Under the pieces are notes generated by a model. The model made no database searches. It worked only from the letters and a program-made list of their open reading frames with translations, and was not told the origin of the DNA. The position numbers and the translations under genes are program-made. 64,000 nt of DNA from Bdellovibrio sp. (GTDB lineage Bacteria > Bdellovibrionota > Bdellovibrionia > Bdellovibrionales > Bdellovibrionaceae), in contig JAKFBS010000002.1 of assembly GCA_036677065.1 (NCBI GenBank), forward strand, positions 384,001-448,000, given 5' to 3'. Shown here in pieces: positions 57,552 to 64,000 of the stretch; position 1 is the first letter of the stretch, and the number at the start of each line of letters is the position of its first letter.

Positions 57552-58372
57552 AAACTTTTAACCTCATTCAAATGCTGATCTAAATCTTGGCGAGTTAAAT
57601 CCACAGACTTTAATTCTTCGTCTGTGATTTCACTTAAAAATTTTAGATGATTTTTAAGCTGTGTACTTACTAATTCTTTTTGTGCTTTTAAAAATAAATC
57701 GCGGCGTTTTTTCCATGTGATTAATAAACCCATGTGGTGTTTCCAGATCGCGATTTTTTCATGATGCCCCGACAATAAAACATCTGGCACTTTTTCACTC
57801 CCCCATAAGGCGGGCTTTGTGAATTGCGGAGCTTCTAATAAACCATTATGAAATGAATCCGCAATCACAGATTGGTCATGGCCTAATACCCCTGGAATAA
57901 AGCGCGATACGCTTTCTGTAAGCGCTAGCGAGGCAAGCTCTCCACCACTTAATATGAAATCACCCAGTGAGATTTCTAAATCAATGTGGTGGTTTATAAT
58001 TCTTTGATCAATGCCACCGTAGCGTCCACTAAGTAAAACTAAATGATCATACTTAAGAAGCTTGTGAATAGTGGCTTGTTCTAATTTTTCACCTTGAGGA
58101 GATAGATAAATACGAAGAGTTGATTCTGGTTTGTAGCCAGCAGATGCATATAACTCATTAAAGCATTTATCTGCGATGTCAGAGCGTAAAATCATGCCAT
58201 CGCCGCCACCATAAGCCGTGTCGTCGACAGAGTTATATTTATTATCAGAGTATTTTCGTAAATTAATTACGTTAAACTCTAAAAGTTTTTTATCTTCAGC
58301 TTTTTTTAACAGGGCATCGCTTAAATAATTCTGAATAAGCTCTGGGAAAAGAGTCAGGTACGTGAATTTCAT
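57548..58372 (-). CDS. trmD: tRNA (guanine37-N1)-methyltransferase
   Basis: VDD.AYGGGDGM, LSPQG, GRYGGIDQR, SLGDFILSGGE. Confidence 0.97.
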   Translation of the reverse strand: MKFTYLTLFPELIQNYLSDALLKKAEDKKLLEFNVINLRKYSDNKYNSVDDTAYGGGDGMILRSDIADKCFNELYASAGYKPESTLRIYLSPQGEKLEQATIHKLLKYDHLVLLSGRYGGIDQRIINHHIDLEISLGDFILSGGELASLALTESVSRFIPGVLGHDQSVIADSFHNGLLEAPQFTKPALWGSEKVPDVLLSGHHEKIAIWKHHMGLLITWKKRRDLFLKAQKELVSTQLKNHLKFLSEITDEELKSVDLTRQDLDQHLNEVKSL

Positions 58373-58374
58373 AA

Positions 58375-58890
58375 CTATTGGTTAAGATCCAAAAGGCCTT
58401 CAGGCAGATCCATCTGAATAGTTTTGTTTTCGTGATCAATTTCTACAATAAAAGCATCAACAAACGGAATTTCAAACACATTGCCAGCTTGTGATGTCAC
58501 CACTAATAAGTCTTGTGCGGTGTTTGATGAAAAGCCCGTAATGATGCCGATTTCACCTGCGGTTTTATCAACGACTTTGAATTTTTCGATTTCAGTTAGA
58601 AACATTCCTTCGTCTTCATCTTGAGAGAAGAAAAAGTCTGCAGGTAAATAAATTTGTTTTCCGATCAGGGCTTCTGATTGGTTACGATCCGTCACACCTT
58701 TGAGTTGCACTTTAAGGCCGTCTTTGTGTTCAGCAGCTTTAATGACTTCGTAAGGAGTCTCTTCGATGTAAACTTCGTCGATTAAGTCCACCCATGAATA
58801 ATCTTTGGAAAAGAAAATGATAAAGACATCGCCACGTAAACCGTGGGCATCTTTGATTTTTCCGATGAGGCGCATTTCTTGTTTTTGCAT
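58375..58890 (-). CDS. rimM: 16S rRNA processing protein RimM (start ATG 58890)
   Basis: IGKI..AHGLRG, DRN..E.L.G, IPFV, LPEGL. Confidence 0.95.
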   Translation of the reverse strand: MQKQEMRLIGKIKDAHGLRGDVFIIFFSKDYSWVDLIDEVYIEETPYEVIKAAEHKDGLKVQLKGVTDRNQSEALIGKQIYLPADFFFSQDEDEGMFLTEIEKFKVVDKTAGEIGIITGFSSNTAQDLLVVTSQAGNVFEIPFVDAFIVEIDHENKTIQMDLPEGLLDLNQ

Positions 58891-58916
58891 TGATGATTGC
58901 TTGTAGCACTTAGGAT

Positions 58917-58949
58917 AAAAAAAAAGGAGAGTTTTCACTCTCCTTTTTT
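58917..58949 (-). terminator. Intrinsic terminator after khpA
   Basis: GGAGAGT-GAAA-ACTCTCC followed by a T run on the minus strand. Confidence 0.85.
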
Positions 58950-58992
58950 AGAATTCAATTTTATCTGTTAATTACTCTCGGTTGGTACGTTG

Positions 58993-59232
58993 CTACTCAA
59001 CGATATCTAAGTGATAGCGTTTGTTTAATTTGGTACCTGCAGCTCTGATGATTGTTCTCATCGCGGCAGCTGTTTTACCCTGTTTGCCGATGACTTTTCC
59101 AAGATCTTCTTTATCCACCTTAAGTGCTAAAAGAGTAGTTTGCTGTCCAGGAATCTCATCAACTTCAACATTTTCAGGCTTATCAACTAAAGACTTCGCC
59201 ATGTGCTCAACAAGTTCTTTTAAGTTATCCAT
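58993..59232 (-). CDS. khpA: KH-domain RNA-binding protein (start ATG 59232)
   Basis: LVD.PE.V, DLGKVIGKQG; between rpsP and rimM. Confidence 0.92.
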   Translation of the reverse strand: MDNLKELVEHMAKSLVDKPENVEVDEIPGQQTTLLALKVDKEDLGKVIGKQGKTAAAMRTIIRAAGTKLNKRYHLDIVE

Positions 59233-59349
59233 GTTCCCCCCAGAAACTATATCCAAGTTTGACAAAATATTTAGCAGACCTCAAGGAATTTCACAGTTCT
59301 TTGACCTGAAACGCCCCATAACGAGATCTACTCTATATTATTGTTTCAA

Positions 59350-59655
59350 TTACGCTTCTTTTTTAGCGTTCTTGTTTTTTGTTTTAGCTGGAGATTTTTT
59401 ACGTGCAGGTAAAGTGATTCCACCTAATTTAAGAACGTGTCTTGCAGTTTCAGAAGGCTGCGCGCCTTTAGTTAACCACTCTTGAGCTTTAGTTGTGTTT
59501 AACACAACTTTAGTTTGCTTACCTTTTGGAGTTGGAATGTATGTTCCTAATACTTCGATAAATTTGCCAGTTACATAACGGCGAGAATCAGCCACTGTGA
59601 TTCTGTATTTAGGATCATGCTTAGCTCCAACGCGTGCTAGACGAATAACAACCAT
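59350..59655 (-). CDS. rpsP: 30S ribosomal protein S16
   Basis: IRLAR.G.K..P.YRI.VADSR, GAQPSET. Confidence 0.97.
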   Translation of the reverse strand: MVVIRLARVGAKHDPKYRITVADSRRYVTGKFIEVLGTYIPTPKGKQTKVVLNTTKAQEWLTKGAQPSETARHVLKLGGITLPARKKSPAKTKNKNAKKEA

Positions 59656-59780
59656 TTGAAATACCTCTCATATTAAGCCCAAGGCTTATCTTATATAGCG
59701 AAAAAAAAAGCTTTCTAGCTTTCTCAAAGACTAAGTTTTTATATCTTATATCGCGCAAGATCAAGCGATTAAAACGGAAA

Positions 59781-61148
59781 TCAAAAAGGAAAGCCTGGTC
59801 CTTTGCCGCCCATTCCGCCGAATGGATTGCCTTTTCCTTTACCACCCATGCCCATTTTCATCATTCCGCTCATCATTTTTTTCGCTTCTTCGAACTGTTT
59901 GACTAATTTATTCACATCTTGAACTTGGGTTCCAGAACCAGAAGCGATTCTTTGACGCCTAGAGCCATTAAGGATTCTGTGATCATTACGCTCCTGAATG
60001 GTCATTGAATTGATGATGGATTCGATTTTTTTGATTTCAGTGTCTGGCGGGGTCATGTTTTTCATCTGTTTAGAGATCTCGCCCATACCGGGTAGAAATT
60101 TCAACATACTCTCGAAACCACCTAATTTTTTAAGCTGCTGAATCTGCGCCAGAAAGTCTTCTAACGTGAATTCGTTGTTCATCATGCGTTTAGCAGAACG
60201 TTCAGCTTCTTTCGTGTCTATCACATCTTGCGCGCGTTCTACTAATGATAGAACATCACCCATATCTAGAATTCTTCCGGCTAAACGATCTGGATGAAAT
60301 ACTTCTAATGCTGAAACTTTTTCGCCGACACCTAAAAATTTAATTGGAATACCCGTCACTTCACGAATAGATAAAGCAGCACCACCGCGCGCATCGCCAT
60401 CTACTTTTGTTAAAACTAAACCTGTTAAATTTAATTTTTGGTGAAATGTTTCTGCAACATTCACAGATTGCTGACCTAACATTGCATCTGCGACTAATAA
60501 AATCTCAGTCGGCGTGATGACTTTTTTAAGATCAGATAATTCGTTCATCAACTCTTCATCAATTTGCAAACGACCCGCTGTATCGACTAATAAAACATCG
60601 ATCAGCTCATCTTCAGCCCATTTGATAGCATTTGTTAAAATATCAGCCGGTTTATCGCCTACTTTAGAGGGGTAACAAGAAAAGTTATTTTGTTTTGCTA
60701 AAGTTTGTAATTGATCAATGGCCGCCGGACGGTAAACGTCGACAGGAACAAAACCTACTTTTTTTCCTAGTTTCTGGCGAATATACAAACCTAGTTTTGC
60801 AGTGGACGTAGTTTTACCTGCCCCTTGCAGGCCTACCATCATAATGACTGATAGTTTTTCGCGAACGTTGATATCAACTTTTTCACCACCTAATGTTTGC
60901 ACTAACTCGTCGTGGACGATTTTTGTGAACATTTGGCCGGGGTTTACGTTAGCAATAACTTCAGCACCCAAGGCTTTAGCTTTCACCCGGTCGATAAAGT
61001 TTTTTACGACTTTAAAATGAACGTCAGCTTCTAATAAACTTAGACGAATTTCTTTAATCGCTTCTTCGACATTAGTCTCAGAGATCTTGTGCTGACCTTT
61101 GAGTTTTTTCATTGAACCTAAAATTTTATCTGATAAGCCTTCAAACAT
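59781..61148 (-). CDS. ffh: Signal recognition particle protein Ffh
   Basis: GLQGAGKTT, DTAGR, TK.DGDARGG, Met-rich M domain. Confidence 0.98.
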   Translation of the reverse strand: MFEGLSDKILGSMKKLKGQHKISETNVEEAIKEIRLSLLEADVHFKVVKNFIDRVKAKALGAEVIANVNPGQMFTKIVHDELVQTLGGEKVDINVREKLSVIMMVGLQGAGKTTSTAKLGLYIRQKLGKKVGFVPVDVYRPAAIDQLQTLAKQNNFSCYPSKVGDKPADILTNAIKWAEDELIDVLLVDTAGRLQIDEELMNELSDLKKVITPTEILLVADAMLGQQSVNVAETFHQKLNLTGLVLTKVDGDARGGAALSIREVTGIPIKFLGVGEKVSALEVFHPDRLAGRILDMGDVLSLVERAQDVIDTKEAERSAKRMMNNEFTLEDFLAQIQQLKKLGGFESMLKFLPGMGEISKQMKNMTPPDTEIKKIESIINSMTIQERNDHRILNGSRRQRIASGSGTQVQDVNKLVKQFEEAKKMMSGMMKMGMGGKGKGNPFGGMGGKGPGFPF

Positions 61149-61188
61149 AGAACCCCCATAGTCGAGCTACGCATCCTGCACGTGCGTG

Positions 61189-61983
61189 CTACCACCGAGC
61201 AAATGATCCCTTTAAAAGGGAATATATCGCCATTAAATAAGTTACGACCGTAGCTAATAAACACACAACAACAGTTGTCATAAGATCAACATCACTTACG
61301 CCAACCATCGAATAGCGATAGCCATTAATTAAATAAAATACCGGATTTAAGTGACACACCTTTTGCCAAAATGGATGTAACCCTTGAATCGTCATAAACA
61401 CTCCGCCTAAATATGTCAGCGGAATTAAAATAAACGTTGAAAATGCACTTAATTGATCGAATGTTTTTGCAATGAAAGCGATAAAAATTCCGCAGAACGA
61501 AAAGATCAATCCGCAAAGAACTGTGAACATCACAAAAAGCAAAGGATGTTTGATCGGCAATAACTCACCGACCATAAAGTAATGAAAAATCATTCCCACA
61601 GCACCGGTGATAAAAGCAACCACCGCGCCGCGAATAATTCCGCCAATACCCATAGCCCAAATGATTTGATGATTAGAAATTGGAGCCACACGAATATCTT
61701 CAAGATCGCCAGAGAATTTTGACGTTACAATTGAAGATGATGAATTTTGGAATGAGTTATTAATTAAACCCATAATCATCAGACCTGGAATTAAAAATGT
61801 AATATAGGGTAAACCATTCGGAAGATTTACTTGTGAGCCTAATGACACGCCAAAGATCAATAAATACAGGCTTGAGCTTACGATCGGGCTTACTACAGTC
61901 TGAATCATCACTTTCATGAAACGTTTAATTTCACGGCGGATTAAAGTTAAAAATGGAATCCAGTTATTAATTGTTTTTTCCAT
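61189..61983 (-). CDS. ABC-2 type transporter permease (YadH-like)
   Basis: RE..RF, FLIPGL.IMG, PLTYLGGVF, NPVFYLING.RY. Confidence 0.9.
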   Translation of the reverse strand: MEKTINNWIPFLTLIRREIKRFMKVMIQTVVSPIVSSSLYLLIFGVSLGSQVNLPNGLPYITFLIPGLMIMGLINNSFQNSSSSIVTSKFSGDLEDIRVAPISNHQIIWAMGIGGIIRGAVVAFITGAVGMIFHYFMVGELLPIKHPLLFVMFTVLCGLIFSFCGIFIAFIAKTFDQLSAFSTFILIPLTYLGGVFMTIQGLHPFWQKVCHLNPVFYLINGYRYSMVGVSDVDLMTTVVVCLLATVVTYLMAIYSLLKGSFARW

Positions 61984-62852
61984 TATTGGTTCACTACTTT
62001 CGTGAAGGCTTCTTCAAGCTTACCTTCAGTCATTTGAATATCAGCTACATCGGCTATAGAAATCTTATGTTGCGCAAGCACGATATTTAAACTTTCTGCT
62101 GCAGAAGTCAGAATTTCTTTAATATCACCGTTTGTCATTTTGATATGAATTTTTTTGGTCGAATATTTAGCGATGACTTCTTTCGGGCTTCCGCAGTAGT
62201 TCACTTCGCCTTTGTTGATAATCGCAATGCGGTTACAAAGATTTTCGGCTTCTTCTAAGTAATGGGTCGTAAGCAAGATCGACATTCCAGATTTTTGTAA
62301 TTCTGCTACAAACTTCCATAATGATTCACGTAATTCAACGTCTACACCCGCTGTTGGTTCATCTAACAATAATAACTTTGGAGAATGGACTAAAGCTTTT
62401 GCAATCATCAAACGGCGTTTCATTCCACCTGAGAGTTGTTTTACTTTCTTGTGGGCATGGGGTTTTAACGCCAGACGATCTAATAAAAATTGAATGCGAT
62501 CACCGTTATTCAGAATGCCGTAATAGCCTGATTGAAATTCTAAAATTTCAGTCACATCGAAATAACCTGTGTTGATCACTTCTTGGTGAACGACGCCCAC
62601 ATTTTGTTTAATCGTACGTGCGTTGTGAACTACATCAAGGCCAAAAACATTTAATTCACCTGAAGTGGGTTTTTCTAAAGTTGTGATTGTAGAAATTAAA
62701 GTGGTTTTTCCTGCGCCGTTTGGTCCAAGTAGGCCAAAGATTTCGCCTTCGTTGATATCAAAACTTACACCTTTTAAAGCATGCACTGACCTAGATGCGT
62801 CTTTGGCATCGACATAGGTTTTTTTAAGGTTTTTAACTTCTAAGGCTTTCAT
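61983..62852 (-). CDS. ABC transporter ATP-binding protein (YadG-like)
   Basis: GPNGAGKTT, LSGGMKRR, LDEPTAGVD, TTHYLEEAE. Confidence 0.93.
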   Translation of the reverse strand: MKALEVKNLKKTYVDAKDASRSVHALKGVSFDINEGEIFGLLGPNGAGKTTLISTITTLEKPTSGELNVFGLDVVHNARTIKQNVGVVHQEVINTGYFDVTEILEFQSGYYGILNNGDRIQFLLDRLALKPHAHKKVKQLSGGMKRRLMIAKALVHSPKLLLLDEPTAGVDVELRESLWKFVAELQKSGMSILLTTHYLEEAENLCNRIAIINKGEVNYCGSPKEVIAKYSTKKIHIKMTNGDIKEILTSAAESLNIVLAQHKISIADVADIQMTEGKLEEAFTKVVNQ

Positions 62853-64000
62853 TATCTCGCTCTTGAAATCGAAGTGGCAAATTCTACATCTGGATTTTCT
62901 TTTTTAGCCCAGTTCAAATCCCACTCTTGATTTAATAATAAGACCGGCTGATCGATCATGTCTCTGAATAGGGTAAAATTACCTTTTAATTCAGAAACCG
63001 GTTTACCATCTTGAGTTCTAGGCCAACGGGCTACCGTGAATGGTAAGCGGTTTAATTTTACTTCTAAGTTGTATTCATCCATTAATCTGTGCACTAAAAC
63101 TTCAAACTGTAACTCGCCGACCGCGCCGATTAAATATTCTTGCGGGCCGTAAACTGGATCAATAAATAATTGAATCGCGCCTTCTTCAGATAAATGATTT
63201 AAGGCTTGTTGTAGTTTTGTTCTGCGAAGTGCATCTTTTACCGTTAATTTTGCAAATAACTCTGGCGCAAATTTTGGAATATCCTCAAAACGAACTTTAC
63301 CGTTGGATGAAATGCTATCGCCGATCGCAAAGTTTCCGGTATCGCCGACACCGACGATGTCTCCCGCATATGCGACATCGACAGTTTCTTTATCAGCAGC
63401 TACGAACTGACTTGAATAAGACAAACGTAATTCACGTTGCAAACGCGCGTGGTTCACTTTCATACCGCGTTCAAATTTACCAGAACAAATACGCACAAAG
63501 GCGATACGGTCGCGGTGACGTTTATCCATGTTGGCTTGAATTTTAAAAACAAAGCCTGAAAAATTATCTGATAACGGATCAACTTCGCCGACCGATTTTG
63601 ACGGGCGCGCTTTAGGACCAGGTGCAAATTCTGTAAAGAATTTTAAGAAAGTATCAACACCGAAGTTTTGCTTTGCCGAACCAAATGTAACCGGAGAAAT
63701 TTTTCCGGTTAAAAATTCATTCACATCAAATGGTGGTAAAGCCGATTCAATTAATTCTAATTCATCACGCACTTGTGCCGCAGTTTCTGCATCTAAGTAT
63801 TTATCTAAGATTGGGTCTTGCGGGCCAGATAGGTCATGTTCAGTGTATTCATCACCTTCACGGCGCTGATCGTAGAAATACACTTTTTTATTTAAACGAT
63901 TGTAAATCCCTTTAAAACGCTGACCGATACCTAATGGCCAAGTCACTGGGTAACATTGCATATTTAGCGTACGTTCGATTTCATCGATCAAAGTCAGCGG
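62852..64000 (-). CDS. prfC: Peptide chain release factor 3 (5' part outside window)
   Basis: WP.G.G..F.G.Y, FGSA..NFGV, FVFKIQANMD..HRDR.AF.R.CSG, GAVG.LQFEV. Confidence 0.96.
   Translation of the reverse strand, partial: PLTLIDEIERTLNMQCYPVTWPLGIGQRFKGIYNRLNKKVYFYDQRREGDEYTEHDLSGPQDPILDKYLDAETAAQVRDELELIESALPPFDVNEFLTGKISPVTFGSAKQNFGVDTFLKFFTEFAPGPKARPSKSVGEVDPLSDNFSGFVFKIQANMDKRHRDRIAFVRICSGKFERGMKVNHARLQRELRLSYSSQFVAADKETVDVAYAGDIVGVGDTGNFAIGDSISSNGKVRFEDIPKFAPELFAKLTVKDALRRTKLQQALNHLSEEGAIQLFIDPVYGPQEYLIGAVGELQFEVLVHRLMDEYNLEVKLNRLPFTVARWPRTQDGKPVSELKGNFTLFRDMIDQPVLLLNQEWDLNWAKKENPDVEFATSISRAR

Noticed and set aside
59021..59485. 154-aa plus-strand ORF
   Set aside because: Lies antisense to khpA and rpsP; no recognisable features
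59656..59780. SRP RNA or other ncRNA next to ffh
   Set aside because: AT-rich spacer lacking the conserved SRP helix-8 motif

Overview
AT-rich bacterial chromosome segment, most consistent with a predatory Bdellovibrionota (Bdellovibrio/Pseudobdellovibrio-like) genome. This is inferred from gene order, many orphan secreted proteins and sigma28-type promoters. Most of the window is housekeeping: dnaE, guaBA, miaB, cysK, pyk, thiolase plus CoA-transferase, lptD, HU, the ffh-rpsP-khpA-rimM-trmD-rplS-rnhB-yraN block, partial prfC, arfB, ttcA, lipB and tRNA-Val(GAC). No CRISPR array, transposase or integrase is visible. The main candidate novel system is a sigma28-driven operon (10670->5872) of two tandem ~700-aa paralogues plus an RDD protein. 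Each paralogue has a signal peptide, a Cys-free ~220-aa region ending in a conserved internal signal-peptide-like KKTSSL[DE]KWNxFFAML..EAxA motif, a 16-Cys domain, a single TM helix and a CxC-repeat tail. Other notable items: a Cys-rich lipoprotein gene missed by the ORF track (1-1183) that shares an upstream motif with that operon; a putative phospholipid-scavenging cluster (permuted papain-like enzyme, esterase, patatin, GlpQ, AfuABC-like transporter); frequent apparently leaderless genes; and a basic/acidic/Zn-finger orphan. All family calls come from motif recognition, not database searches.
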